This document shows positions 1-15,985 of a stretch of DNA of 64,000 nucleotides, piece after piece (positions within the stretch are counted from its first letter, which is position 1; every line of letters begins with the position of its first letter). Under the pieces are notes generated by a model. That model ran no database searches, was not told the origin of the DNA, and saw only the letters and a list, made by a program, of their open reading frames with translations. The position numbers and the translations under genes are program-made. The DNA lies in assembly GCF_009914755.1 (NCBI RefSeq), contig NC_060940.1; one strand, given 5' to 3'. The stretch comes from the human T2T-CHM13v2.0 reference genome, Homo sapiens.

Positions 1-239
1 TTGGATTTGGGAATTTTTCCTCTTTTGAGACATTGAAGCTCTTGACAGAGAAGACCAGAGGGGACCTAGTAAAAGGGAGGACGTGAGTTGGATGCGCACC
101 CTGGAATACAGGGCGTTGGCCATCTTTCTCCTTGCCTAGTCTAGCTGTGGATGGGGCCCAGAGCCCCTTAGCAGCTCTTCCTTTTCTCTCTTCTCTCCAG
201 CCTTCTCCAGGCTTTTAACATCAGCAGAAGTAGCAAGGC

Positions 240-462
240 TAGGAGTTGGCAAACTGTAGCTCGTGGGCCGATTCCTGCCTGCGATGTTTTTGTCAATAAA
301 GTTTTATTGGAACACAGTCACACTAACTGGTTCACATATTGCCTATGGCTGCTTTTGCATGATGACAGCAACTTTGAGTAATTGTGACAGAGCTCGATGG
401 CCCACAGAGCCAAAATTATGCTTATTGTTTGACCCTCAACAGAAAAAGTTTGGCAACCCCCG
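240..462. mobile_element. MER58A-like hAT-Charlie MITE
   Basis: TIR-like ends aggagttggcaaact / agtttggcaacccc; internal aataaagttttattggaacacagtcac typical of MER58A. Confidence 0.8.
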
Positions 463-1034
463 ATCTAGGCCAAAGTGTACATATTGTTGGCCTGCTGGCT
501 GCATTCAGGCATCGGGCCATTTTATTGGACTCACATTAATTAATTGCCTGCATTGTAAAATGGAAGTTTTCACAAAATAAGCTGGCTTTGATTAAAAAAT
601 GGAAAAATCTAACAAAACATGGCAGCTAATGTTGGGGATGTGTCATCCGTCCCCTCTGACTATTTGTCATAGTCGCCAGCACTGCCTGTAGGGTTTTACC
701 AAGTGTACCCTTTTACCTGCATGGACTGGTCCTCATAGGCACTTGAGTATGATACTCTTTCAGGTCGTCTGGGTTGTTTTTAATAAAAGATTTGGTATTT
801 CTTACTGGACTGATGAATTACATTTTAAAAATTCTTTCCATCAAACTGGACTTCCCTGTGGAACTCCAGAAAGAAAATGAAAAATGTGTTTGTGTAATGC
901 CAGAATTTAGTGACTGCCAGAGTTGTTATATCAGAAATACAACATTTTCTTCCACCTTGAAACACCCATACACATACACACAGCCCTGCATTTTTTAAAA
1001 AAAAAATCCTTTAAAATTGAGACCTATGTCACTG

Positions 1035-1365
1035 CAGATGCTTCTTGACTTATGATGGGGCTATGTCCCAATAAATCCATCACAAGTTGAAAATGCATTT
1101 AATACACTTCCCCTACTGAACATCATCACTTAGCCTAGCACAACTTAAAGATACACAGAACACTTGTATGAGCCTACAGATGGGCAAAATCATCTAACAC
1201 AAAGCCTCTTTTATACTGAAGTGTCAAATATCTCATGCACTTTATTATGTACTGTACTGAAAGGAAAAACAGAATGGTTGTATGGGCACTCAAAGCATGA
1301 TTTCTACTGAATGTGTATTGTTTCCACATCATTAAGTTGAAATATCGTAAGTTAGGAATCATCTG
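1035..1365. mobile_element. MER47A-like Tigger MITE
   Basis: Ends cagatgcttcttgacttatgat ... atcgtaagttaggaatcatctg|ta; body resembles MER47A. Confidence 0.8.
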
Positions 1366-1509
1366 TACTGACCTTGATTTAAACAAAAGCAGGATTAGTA
1401 AATACTACATTCTTCTTCAGTCAAAGAATGAGTTTCTCAATTGTTATTATTAATAGAGCAAGTAATAATGGTGTTGGGCAATATATTAATGATTTAAGTC
1501 AATTAATTC

Positions 1510-1997
<488 letters not shown>

Positions 1998-3629
1998 TGA
2001 GCACACACAATAGAGCCAATGATTAACTAAAATAGGCAACTGATGCCTTTCTCTGAAGCTTACGTGTAGAATACGGTAAGCCCCAGGATAACTTCCCCTG
2101 TAGCTAGAATAACTGATCCCAGGAAGAGCCCCTGGAAGCCCGATTCGATCCACTGAAAGTCAGTTTTGGGTAAAGTCGTTAGTGCGTCTTCTGTTGTTCT
2201 CAGCAAATCTTCAGACAATTTTTTCACCAGGCTCAGCAGAGGGAGAACTAAGTCTAATGTATTTAACCGGGGGAATGACAGGTTTCCTTTTCACAGTAAG
2301 GGTTCCTAGGATAGGAGACTATCCACTCGTAGCAGAAGAAAATCCTAATGAGCAGGATCCAGGTTTTAGGGGGCCTTAATTCTAACACACAGTTCACCCT
2401 GGGCTGCTCAAACGTCTTGACTTGCCCCGCTATGTGTGTGTGTGGCTTTAGGAAGCCCTGCGATTTTCCTTCTTTAGCTCGAATGTCAAGCGCTGCAGGC
2501 TTTCTGAGAATTCAGTGTCCTGACACTGGGGCTGAGCCCTTGGTAATGACACTGTAGACACGAGGTAATTACAGCTCTGTTAACTCCCAAGTCAGGCTAA
2601 GTGGACCTCTGATTATTATTCTGAGTATAATAGGAGCATAACTAACATTGAAGGGAAATTGTACTTCTCTCTTTTATTAACCGCTTTTATATTCCCTTGT
2701 GCATGGCTATGATGCTATGAAATCTCCTTAAATGTGATATTCCTCAATATAATACAATAATAATGCACACACCGTAATGTATTGGATTACTTTGCAAACA
2801 GCCCTTATGAAATTGCATTTCCCATCATTTCCCTGGGCCAGCTCAGGGCTGCTGGGCTTACGGGCCCTTTCTGTAGCTGGGAGCCTGGAATCTGCCTTCA
2901 CGGTCACTTAGGGTTTCATGGATATGAGCAATTGGTCCACACCATTTTTATTCACAGCGAGGATGTTGGCCAACCAAGTTTCCAGATATCTCGCTGGACA
3001 TTGCGACTCAGAGATGCAAACAGTGTTTGATACCTCAGCATAGTTTGAAAATAAACTGGGCTAGATGGTGTCAGGAAGGAAGCTAGATACAGGGAAGGGA
3101 GGCCTTCCATGCTGGAATTAAATTCTGAAGTCTTTTCCACTGACTTTGCTGGAGAGTCTATCAGATCTTTGTTCCTTTGTAAACTCTTTCCTGACACCAC
3201 CTCAAAACTAGAGTTGGTTCTTCCTTTGTATGTTTTATATGTTTTGAAAATCCACCCTTAGTTTGGCATCCCAAAATACTTACTGAACTCCTACTATGTA
3301 TCACACATACATTAATCTACTAAATACACATGAACAATTTTACAACCACTTAAAATTTAATATTTGGCATAAAGCTATAAACTTTTTGAGGGTACCACTG
3401 TGCCTTATTCATCACTTTTATTCTCAGTGTTAGGCAAAGTGCCTGGAACAAAGTAGATACTCAATAATTGTGTATTGTTCATTTATTCCTGAATATTTCT
3501 TGGGTTCTTACTATTTGAGAGGCGCAGAACTGGGCCTTGGAGATACAAGAGTGAATAAGACAGACATAGCTTCTCCTTCAAGGAATGTACAGTCTACCGT
3601 AACACAGAATACACACACACGTCACTCAC

Positions 3630-3761
3630 ACAGTTGAATGCAGCCAGCCATCTGTATCCACCAGGTTCGACATCCCATGGAAATAAGAAAACACTGTTTC
3701 TTCCATCTGCAATTGGTTGAATCTGTGGATGTGGATCCCGTGGAAAGGAGAGCTGACTGTA
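3630..3761. mobile_element. Tigger-type DNA transposon fragment
   Basis: End ttggttgaatctgtggatgtggatcccgtgg...gctgactgta. Confidence 0.55.
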
Positions 3762-3853
3762 ATTACATTTGCAAAAACTTCTGTGAAGGAAAGGTAGAGG
3801 GTGATGTGCAAACAAGCAACAGGGAGACATAAATCAAAGCGGAGATGCATTCA

Positions 3854-4208
<355 letters not shown>

Positions 4209-6227
4209 GACATGCAGAGAAAGGTGGGTGGATGTCCTGGGTAGGACAGACAGCAGATGTGGAAACAAGATGCAGGGGCGTGTGGAAGCCAGCTCTTAAT
4301 GGCCTGTGATTGTCGATTGTATATGTCTCTTTCCAACAGGACAGGGATGCCATGGTAGTAGCTTGTTACCTCCAGGGTGAGAGTATTTACACTATGGGCA
4401 TTGGCAATGCTACAGATGAGGGCTTTTCTGTCTGCTTTTCTGGAGAGCTGGTTGTTGATCAGTTACCAGCACTCCAGTGACAGAAAGGAAGTTGGCATAT
4501 TCCTGTGACAGGATGAATATCAGTGTAGCTGTGTGGACGGGCAGGGGGATGGTGGCCCAAGTTGAGGATAAACAGGTGAGCAAGAAACACTCATACAGAG
4601 CCCTGCTGGCCTCATCTGGGGGCTTTGTACCATGGGAGGCCATTGAAGGATTTTAAGCAGAAAGAATCCCATCATTAGGTTTGATTTTGGGAATGATCTG
4701 ACCACCATGTGGACAGTGGATTGGAGAAAAGCAATAATGGTGTTGGGAAGTGGCAGAAAGGACTGCCAGTAAGCTCTTGCCATGGGCTGGATGAGAGATG
4801 TTGATAGGAACTAGAATGGTCTGGAACATGGGTTGGAGTCAATATCAAATGACCAAATAATCTGCCAGAGCTCTCTGTAATATACAGTATTCACACCTGT
4901 GGACTTTTGTGACAATTTGGGACGGTATAGTCCCTTGTAATTTAATTCTGAGAGTGACCATTGAGGATGTGATGATGCTCTCTTTACAGTGAGGAAACTG
5001 AGGCGTGGTCAGTTGATGTGACACAGTGTGTTCCCTGAGGTCATAGCTGAACAAGTCTGACTTAGTAATATGTCTGACTCTAGACCTACACTCATAACCA
5101 CAACTCCACACTCTTTTTGCTGCCACCTTCTTCTAAGGGGCTGGAAGAATGGAGATGCCACTGAGCTGGGGGTGAAGACATCGTAAAAAGATCTACCTGG
5201 TTCTATGAGATGCATCCATCCTGACCTTGCCAAGGGAAGTAGGAATCAGGAAATGTTGGCTTCTAACGTGATTTCATCCAGGCCCTTATGCTTGGGTCCA
5301 TCTCAGGAATAGTATTTGGAATTAACGCAGGAGCTAGAGACTAAGCAAACCCCGCCTCCACCCCAGTGCAGATTTCAGTTGAATGCAGACTAGAGCCTTT
5401 GAAAATTATGCATTGGAAAACAATTCTGGATAAATTAATTTCCATCATACATAATGCATGAGGGGAAATCCGTGGTATTTTTAAACAATGGAAATGAGAG
5501 AATCTGCCTTTTGGGCATTGATCCCAATTAAATTTATTTCAGCAAACATTTATCAACACCTACTGTGTGCCAGGTTCTTACTGGAAAACAGAGATGAGTC
5601 AGACATTGTCTGTGCCCAGAAAGAGTGAGAAATCAATGGAGGTACCCGCAGAGTGATCAGCTCTGGGTTAGACCTTGAGACTGGGAGACAAAGAGTTGTG
5701 AGTATTGCCCTGGAGGGACATACATCCTAGTAGAGGAGAACGAGGACCTGCCAGAAGATCTGAGAGTGAGAGTTTGTTGAGGAAGGCTATCTCGTGCCTG
5801 GGCTTCACTTGAATGGTTTTCTTTCATGAGTCCTTCCGCCATCAATAAGATCCTTATTTAAAGCCTCCTATTGTCCAGCAATGGTATGTGCTGTCCATCT
5901 GCCCCATTAGCCCATAGCTGCTACTATTATGCTACTTTTCCTATGGTGTCCACTGTTATTACTGCCACAACTACCTCAACTTACTGTTGAGGAAAATGTA
6001 ATTCTCCTCAACTTTTATTACTATTATAGTGTTGCTGTTATTTTATTTAATGATAGATCATACATTCAAAATTATTTGTTGAGTGCTTACTGTGTAACTG
6101 GCACCGAAGATTGAGGAACAGATAAAAAATAGCTATGGTTTCTTCGTTTAGAATGTTATCTTGTAGGAGAGAGAGATGGAAACAAATAAACAATGTAACT
6201 AAATAATTACAAATTGTAATGTTTGCT

Positions 6228-6763
6228 TCAGTTATGCATTGCTGCCTAACAAACTACCCCAAACAAACATTTTATTTACTTACAATTCTATGCTTCAGGT
6301 ATTTGGGTGAAGTTTAGCTGTAGAGATCAGCTTGGTACACATACCACTTGGAACTGGGGAGTAAGTTCCAAGGTTTCCCACAGATGTCTGGAACTTGGTG
6401 ATTGTCTGTACAACACATCTCCTCCCCCGCACCCCCACCCCCACCCCGCCACTCAATCTCTCCACAAGACTAGCTTGAGCTTCCTCACAGCATGGAGTTC
6501 TATGGTCAATGAGACTTTCATATGGGCATCATCTTGGCATGCACACACTTCAGTGGTGGCTGAATTCGAAAAATGTGTGTCTCAAGAAATGAGAGTAGAA
6601 GCTGCATATTTGATAAAGCTCAGCCTTCGCATTTGCTATGTGCTATGTCTGCCTCAGTCTGTTGATTAAAATAAGGTCATCTCAGATTCAAGGAGAGGGA
6701 AAAAGACTCCACCTTTGACTAGGAGATATGACAAAGAATGTGAAACCGTCTTGAGTCCACCAT
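6228..6763 (-). mobile_element. MLT1-family MaLR LTR inserted in an L2 relic
   Basis: tcagttatgcattgctgcctaacaaactacccca ... agattcaaggagaggg...gactccacctttga; L2-like sequence on both sides. Confidence 0.6.
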
Positions 6764-9700
6764 GATACCTTTTGAAGAAAACACATATTAGGTTGAAAAA
6801 GAGAAGATTAAGGAGGGAGGGACATGAGATCAGGGAAGCCTTCTCTGAGGAAGGGTCGGTTAAGCTGTGTTCTGAAGGATGGGAGAGTCCAGCAAGAGAA
6901 GACAGTGGGAGCAGCATTCCAGGAAGAGTGAAGAGTATGTGCAAAGCCAGGTGTCCCTCATCTCTCTCTATTCCCAGTGCAGCTTCCTCACCACTCCCCA
7001 ACCAAATAGGAGTCTCTTCTTGTAGGTGGAACACGGGATAATATAAAGAGCGTATTTTTGCACATCTGAGAAGCCCAGGTGACATATTGTCCATGATCTG
7101 AAGCAACAGATAATGTGTTTCCTCATGTATTTCCCAATGGGATCACCCAAAGTAACATGCTTAAATGGATGAGTTGTAATCTTCTACATAGAGGTGATGC
7201 CACCAGGCATTGGTGATCCAGATAAATGAAATGCAGGAATAAGGATACCGAGACTGTTTCTGGCCACAAAGGACCAGGCAGAGTAGTCTATTGCTTGGCG
7301 ACCAAGTGCATGATAGCACTGGGCTTCCTGCTTCTGCCCTCCCCAGTGAACTTCAGATGAGGCTTGGGAGATGAAAGACGAGAGAGGAGTCATTATCAGA
7401 ATGGTAAGAATATAGCATCCAGATAGATGAGAAGAGACAAAAAGATAACTCCGTCCCCATACTGGCTTATTTCTCCTTTATGGAGAAGGCAGCCCCTTGG
7501 AGGTAGGCATTTCCTGGGTTCAAATCCCAACGTTGCCCTTTATTCACTGCATGACTTTGGGAAAGCTATTGAACCTCACTAAGCCCTAAAGCATAGAAGG
7601 TGCCCTATAAATTGTAGCTGCCACTACTTCTGTTATTATCATGTATGTCATTATTGCTACTGCTTTGCAGAAAGACATGTGCCTCATTGGTGGTGGGATT
7701 CTTCTAACCCCCGTCTCCTCCTTTCAAAGGCTCACTCTGCTACTTTAGAGTTATCTTTTATAGTGTACTCCCAAGCTTGCGATGTTGCTTCCCTGCCTGT
7801 ACCATTTTGTTTTCTCCAGATCTCGCTGTTTCCCTCGCTGGAAACTCCTTGGTCTCTGACTGTAGCAATATGTTTAATAACTCAAGGTACCTGAAAATAA
7901 TGCAATATGGCACCATGTCGGCAATGTGGCTGAGAGAGTGGCTCCTGTACAGATTGCCTGACTTCACATCCAGGCTCCCTCAGGTGTTACCCATGCAAGA
8001 CTTGGCAAGTAACACAACTACTCTGTGTTATTTATCATCAGTTATACAATTAGGATAATTAAAGTGTTTGTCACAGAGGGTAGTTATGAAGACAACACAT
8101 GTCAATGATTGCAGAGTTCTTAGCCTGGTGCCAGGTTTATACAACACATCTGATGATCACTGACTGCTCTGTCTCTGCTGTCTCTATGGTTGTTGTCATG
8201 GACATAAAAGATGTCCGTAAACCTGCTCATGATAGTCATGACCTCTTCAGGCTTAACCGTTAGTACTTCTGGTTGTCTCTTCTTGAATGAGAAATAAGGA
8301 GATCAATAATTAAACACCTATGAGATTCTTCACCGAAGGGAGTTCATGTTGTCATCCCAGCACTCATGCTAGGCTTGTAGGAATGTTTCTGTTTTGCAGA
8401 TTTAAGAAACCTAAGGCTCAGAGAAGTCTTATGACTTTCCTTAAACCCTAAACTCCTCATGTGGCCAAGGCTGGATTCATCCCAACACCATTTACCACTA
8501 AAACCTGTGTCTTCTAGGGACCTTAGTTTGATGACCCTGGTTAATTCAGTGCATTGAAGGTTTAGCTCTCTCAGAGGTTCAAGTGAGAGACACATTAGAT
8601 ACCTCCCTGCCCAAGACCCAGAATGTTTCCTTTTAGAAGCACCCCTAACCACACACCTGGAAATCCAAGGCTTGTGCAGTTTATAGACGCTGCTTTTCGC
8701 CCCTGACTGCTGTATGTACCTTGAGCAGCAAGATAATTCACTCTAATTACTCAGAATACATATTTAAGGACAAGCACAAAGAACTCTTAGTGAGGCTTAA
8801 AAATAAGCCATTCAGCAAAATTGCACAAGGTGCATTCCCTCAGAAGGAAGAGTTTATTGCTTCTAAAAGTGAGTGTCTACCCTTTGTTGGCTGCAAATGT
8901 GAGGCAAAGGACCAGCTCCACGTGAAGCAGCATTTTCCTCTTTCAGATTTACCTCCAGAAGGAGCTCCACTGATAGGAGATTGCTCCTTTCTGCTATGAC
9001 ATCTTCTGCGTCAAAGGATCTCATTAGTGTTTGTTTTTATCAGGTTTTTTTTTTTCCCGACTTTTATCTCACTCAGAGTGAATTCAGTGTTCACTGTCAT
9101 TTACAGGATAGGAAATATATGTCCGTTTGCATTGAAAATCCTGCTTATTCCATCTAGACTGTCCCAGATACCACTGTATTCATGTAGGTTTGGTGTTTTG
9201 TCTTTCATCTATTTCTGAAATCAAAATTTTGTTAAAAATGTTTCGGGAAAGCTCAAAAGAATTGGCCCATTGGAATGGAGTGAATGCAGGCTTTCTCCAT
9301 GCAAGCAGCCATGCTTTCCTAGTCATTAACCACCTGGGCCTTGGGCCTGTCATGTTTTTTGAGTCTCTGTTTCTTCCTCTGGCAAATGATTTTGATGGGT
9401 GTCATGAGGATGAAGTGGGATGATGTGAAGGACTTGGGGTGCTTAAGAAATCTCCCAGGCCATTCACAAGCCACATGCCTGCAAAGAAGTCTTGGGTGAG
9501 CAGATGCCAAGTTTCCCAGCTAAGAGATTTCTAAGGTGCAGTGCTTCAGCTTGACATTAGAGAGATGGCCTTGGCCGGCAGCTGAGGTTTTCCTTCTCTT
9601 TTGACCTGAGCTGGGAAGAAGTGTGGGTACTGGCAGCTTTCGTGGGGGTACCTCTAAAATAGAGCAGCAGTTCCCTGTTAGGAATGGCAGATGAGATTGT

Positions 9701-10154
9701 GATGAATGCAACAAGGGCTGGAGCACAGAACATTCTGAACAGACTATTACTCCCTCAACCCTATGGGCTACCTGGGCCAGAGAGATATACACAGAGAAGA
9801 CTGGTCAAAGGGGAAAGAAAATAATTCCTTTTAAATATCTAGGCAAGCAGCCAACCTCCTCTGATACAGGGACCTGTGACAAAGACAGACTTGGAGCATG
9901 TAACTTGTGTTTGAAAGCATACGCCAGACCCGTAACTTCCTCTTGACTTTCCACCCCACCTCTTCTGGATTACCCGGGTCTGCAGGTGAAATTCCAGTTG
10001 ATTTACCCAAACGGGTGCAAGTGCAGAGGAAGGAGAACATGGGGAAAGAGGCAAAATAAATTTTAAAAACAGAGAGATAGAAAGAAAGAGAAGACATGAA
10101 GGGCGAAGGAAGGGGAAAGAGAAACAGAAAAAGGAGATAGAAGTAGAGGGATGG

Positions 10155-10402
10155 GGCCGGGTGCAGTGGCTCACACCTGTAATCCCAGCACTTTGGGAGG
10201 CCAAGGCGGGTGGATCACTTGAAGCCAGGAGTTTGAGACTAGCCTGGCCAACATGGTGAAACCCTGTCTCTACTAAAAATGAAAAAAAAAAAAAAAAAAA
10301 GCCAGGCATGGTGGCACGCACCTGTAATCCCAGCTACTCGGGTGGCTGAGGCATGAGAATCAATTGAACCTGGGAGGCAAGACTGTCTGAGGAAAAAAAA
10401 AA
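10155..10402 (+). mobile_element. Alu with an internal deletion in the right arm
   Basis: Right arm jumps from gggaggc to aagactgtct; the middle A-tract is expanded. Confidence 0.9.
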
Positions 10403-11178
10403 ATAGAGGAACAGAGGGGAGAGAGAGGGAAAGGGAAGGATCTAGCTAGGCACACGTAATTGTTGTCTTCCTAAAAACACCACCACCACCCCACACATAC
10501 AAACAAGAAAGGCAAGTGACATTACAACTATAGGTACTGACATTTGAGGCTGTGTGGCCCTGTCCACCGCTCTAGGTTGCATCTCAGTGAATGTTCCAGG
10601 TTCTGAACAATCCTATAGGTGGGGGAAAGAGGTTAGGTGGACCAAGCATGGTACTGTGGCAGCACCTCCTTCTCCTACTGTTTCTGCACCCCGCCATGCA
10701 TTTAAATCACTCAGGGTTGGTGTTTAACAGACACAACTCCTGAGCTACTGAATCAAAGCCTTAGGGAATGGCCAATGGGAATATGGTTTTAACAAGTATT
10801 TTAGGCAAGTCTTACAAATCTGGCCTGACACATGACTTCACATAAAGGTTTGAGAACTGAGAGTCTCACCACTCACATAGAATGAAGGGTGTCAGATTCT
10901 GGGAGATATTTGAGATCTGATAGAAATTACAAGACTTTTTTACAGGCCTGGTAATGATCATGGAGATGCCAGCAGCTATCACTGCCAAGGACTGGGTGGG
11001 TTCTAGGCACCTGTCCCTTGTAACACCTGAATTGGAAAACTCCTGGATAAAGGTGACTTTCCCATTTTCAGAGGAGACAATGGAATCTCAGAGAAGTTGA
11101 AATGTGTGTGTACCCCTGTGGTGACACAACTGATTGATTCCAGTCTTAGGCATATTAAAATTGAGAACCATTGCTTAA

Positions 11179-11572
<394 letters not shown>

Positions 11573-11888
11573 ATGTCTGTGTATTCTAAGGTGTTTATTT
11601 CCATTTGTCTTCCCAATGACTTTATAAAGTGAGAGAGAATCCTCATTCTATGGAGAGGGGGAATAAGACCAGGAAAGCCTGAATTGAAACCAACGCTTAC
11701 TCCTAAAGACTGGGCTTTGAGTTGCTACAGTATATTTCACACCTCTGTCCTTTGGAGGTGAAAGTTACTTGATGGTGATGTCTTTAGGGAAATTATGACA
11801 AAGGAGAAGTGAACGTTGGAGTCAGGTCATTGTGTGTCTGATTACTTACTGGCTATGTCACCTGGTTTATAAAATGGGCTTGATTTAA

Positions 11889-12318
11889 TGTACTGAGTGA
11901 ATTAGTGTCCCCCCAAATTTATGTCCACTTGGAACCTTAGGAGGAGATCTCATTTGAAAGTAGAGCCTTTGTAGATATAATTAAATTAGATGAGGTTATA
12001 CTGGATTAGGGTGGGCCCTGAATTCAATGAGTGTTGTCCTTGTAAGAAAACCATGTCAGGACGCACAAAGGTAAGAAGTCCAAGGGGCATCAAAGACAGA
12101 TTGGACTAATACCAGGGACACCAAGGATTGCCAGGAGCTACCAGGATCTAGGAAAGAAGCAAGGACGGACTCTCCTTGAGAGCCTTCAGATGGAGCATGG
12201 TTTGGGCAACACCTTGATTTTGAACTTCTGGCCTCTGGAACTGTGAGAGATTACCTTTCTTTTATTTTAGTCACCTAGCTGGTCATAATATGTTATGGCA
12301 GTCCTAGGAAAGTAATAG
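11889..12318 (+). mobile_element. MLT1B-like MaLR LTR
   Basis: tgtactgagtgaattagtgtcccccc ... caccttgattttgaacttctggcctctggaactgtgaga ... gcagtcctaggaaagtaata. Confidence 0.75.
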
Positions 12319-12369
12319 CACATGAGATATTTTTTCTTGTTTGTTGTTGTTGTTTTTGTTTTTGTTTTT

Positions 12370-12548
12370 TCCTTTATAGCACTTACTGTAACTAGTAATT
12401 TTCTTTGTTTGCTTACCAATTCTGGACATACTGGAATGTCAGCACCATACTGCATTTTGTTCATCATCCCCGTATCTGTGATGCTTCACTCCAATAGCAG
12501 CTCAGTTACAATGTGTGAACGGAATGTATGAATGAATGAATGAGTGAA
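12370..12548 (+). mobile_element. L2 3' end with (TGAA)n tail
   Basis: tgcattttgttcatc... ending atgaatgaatgaatgagtgaa. Confidence 0.65.
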
Positions 12549-13529
12549 CAGAGCTGTTGTGAGGACTAAGCCGAGCAGTACAGTGAAATTGCATCAAACA
12601 GTGTCTACTAAGAGCAAGCATGCAGAATAAAAGCTATCATGATTATCATTCGAGGCAGGAATTATCTTTTTTTCCTAGGGTCCCTCTGCCTTGCTGAGCA
12701 TCAAGGTGAACTTGAGTAGTTACTAGTTACGTGGACTGGGAGAACACGGTTAAAGTAAAGGTTGTTTTTGTGGAGATTGACAGGCAAGAGCCCCTGCCTT
12801 TCCTTTCCTGAAACAGCAGTTTTCCTTTGAGACACGAAGCCCACCACTGAGAGAGGCAGGGTGCGGGTCATGGGGGTGGAGGTGGCGGCATTGTTTGCAA
12901 TCCTCTTGGCCCCTTGCTCACAGCCAGGCCTCTGCCTTTATATTCTTCGGGGGGCTTTGATCTCACCTCCCTGTCCAACAGATGCACATTAGTCAGTAAT
13001 TCTAGGAGACATCAAAACCCCAGCCCTGGCACCCCCCGACCTTCCCTGCAGCCTTCACAAGCCGCTAGCTGTGTTAATAGGCGCCAGACAGGACTGTGCT
13101 ATTTCTTAGAGCTTAGGTAGAATGCTACTGCGGCTGTTTTACTGAACCCCAGCTCAGTCTCCACTTCTTTCCACCTCTGACCCAGTACGTTTAGAATTAG
13201 AGCCAAATGCTCTGAGTGAAGAGTTGCCCGACACGGTGACTTGATTTACCTACGGCTGCTATATTCTTTCCGAATGTTCTTTCCAGACAGAGGTGGAGGG
13301 CAAGGAACTGGGTCCCAGGAGCTAGAAAACGTGGTCTTGGGTCTCAGCTCTGCCATTCTGACACTGAATAACCATCATCAAGTCACAGACATCCTCAGAG
13401 CCTCTGTCTCTGCATCGGGGGAGCAGAACCAGGAATGCTGGTCCTGCCTACCTGACAAAACTGTTTTGAGACTCACGTGCAAAATCAGATGTGAGCATGC
13501 CTTAGAAATTAGAAAGTGTCGTAAAACTA

Positions 13530-13938
<409 letters not shown>

Positions 13939-14089
13939 TCAGCTGTTGCAGATCAAGAAACTAATACAACGCAATCCCTTATGGTGTGCTTAAACCCATA
14001 TTCAATATAGAAAATATAGTATATCCAGATAAATAATAATAAGCATAGTTATTTCATCACCTCGTTGACCACCTGGTTGTTTATCTTTT

Positions 14090-14605
14090 GAGAGGCTTTG
14101 CAATGTTTGACAAAAAATTAGAAAATAGATAAAAATGCAAAGATGATACCTGCTATACTGTTTTGTGGATTTCTCTTTAACTTAAAATACCATACATACA
14201 ATTCCGAGTCATTATTCAATGACTATTCAGATTTTAACTTTTTGTTTTCTCTGATGGCTTCTTTGTGTCTCATTGCCTGGGATCATTTGGATTGGACATA
14301 GTTTATTTAGCCAATCCCTTGTAGTTGGACACTTAAATTTTTTCCCATTTTTCACTGTGACAAATATCACCTTGATGAATTTCTTTCTGCAAATCTCTGC
14401 ACACTACCGTGATTGTTTCTGTAGGATAAATTCCCACAAGTAGAACTTCTGGGTCAAAGAGTAAAAATGCACATTTTTTAAGGCTTTTGATAGTCAGATA
14501 AAACTAAAACAAAATCACCCTCTAGAAAGATCATACCAATTTAAACTCCCACCAAGACTGCACGGCAGTGTCCTGTCTCCTGCACTCACACCAGTATCAA
14601 GCATT
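14090..14605 (-). mobile_element. Old L1 (L1M-type) fragment
   Basis: gttggacacttaaa... tgtaggataaattccca... taccaatttaaactcccacca, typical of antisense L1M 3' sequence. Confidence 0.65.
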
Positions 14606-15702
14606 ATCTCAGAGTGATTTAAAATGCCTGAAGAAAGGAGTGATAATGGTTTCTAAACAGCACTGGCTAACGCACAGCCCTGCATATTGGCTTTCAGCTT
14701 GATAAATACTTTCTTATAAGGCCATAAATATTGGTGGTACCAAAGGTTAATGTAGTGTGCAATGCTGTAAAATCCAGCAGGCAACCTGCTAGCTCATAAT
14801 GATGCATTAGCACCTTTCGATATGAAGTGTGATGACTTACAAAGTCTGTTTGTAAGTGGCCACTAACTCAACAAGTGTATAATTGTGTCAGTTGGCACCA
14901 CAGTTTCTGCAAACATAATTTATTAAGTGAGCACCTTGCCTTCTGTTATATGCCAAAAATGAGAAGAAAAGACAAGAGAAGGGGAAAGAAGAAAATGATC
15001 ATCTGACTGGGGCATTTAGTCCCTTCTGCAAGCTAGGGTTACTTAAAAGACCAACATACTTTATTGAAGAAAAAACAAAGCAAATAATCCTTTCCATATT
15101 TTAATAGTCAGTTGACCACACTGCTGGCAGTGTTAGAATCAGGATTGAGGCAGGCATGACAAATAGCTGCACCATTAAAAGGCATGTGCATTTGCAAATT
15201 AGACTTTTAAATATTTTATTTTCGTGTTTTTAAGTTTGCAACTCAGGCACCTTGCTCCTACCATTTTATTTTTGCAGGTGGAAACAGTTGTATAGTTCTT
15301 TGCTATTGTTCTGGGATGGGCTAGCATGAAGGTGAAACCTGTTTTGTGATTAATGAACATGGAGGTTGTGTGTATTTAACAGCAGAAGAGTAATCTATCC
15401 TGGTAGGAGACAAAACAGAATGGATACCACCAGCCGTGTTCCCGTTTGGCTTTGCTCCTTGGTAATGGAGGAAATCCAGGTATTAAGGATAGACTTTAGT
15501 AGGCCCATCTCAGCATTTGCCCGTGTGTAGTGCCTGTTTTGGATTGCTGTAAAGAGCACACTCTGTAAACAGAAAATAAGCTAGACAGGCACATTTTGAG
15601 CTACTTATTCTGTTCATTTTCAGTGACTGTTCACCCTGTGCAATATTTTGAAACAAACCGAGGAGTTATTCACGTCATATTCTTTCTTACTCGTTTTTCA
15701 TA

Positions 15703-15985
15703 TTTTATTTTTACTTTTGAGACAGAGAGTCCCATCTGTCACCCAGGCTGGAGTACAGTGGTGTGATCTTGGCTCACTGCAATCTCTGACTCCTGGGTTC
15801 ACGTGCCTCCTGAATAGCTGGAACTACAGGTGCCTGCCACTATGTCCGGCTAATTTTTGTAGTTTTAGTAGAGACAGGGTTTCACCATATTGGCTAGGCT
15901 GGTCTTGAACTCCCAACCTCAGGTGATCCACCGGCTGCGCCACCCAAAGTGCTGGGATTACAGGTATGAGCCACTGCGCCTGGCC
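15703..15985 (-). mobile_element. Alu
   Basis: Reverse-complement Alu with a small deletion. Confidence 0.93.

Noticed and set aside
9839-10321. 160-aa ORF and the many ORFs containing LECSG/PASAS/WDYR strings
   Set aside because: These are Alu translations.
15260-15480. Cryptic exon starting after ttttatttttgcag| (15278)
   Set aside because: The acceptor is plausible but downstream donors are weak; this is common background in long introns.
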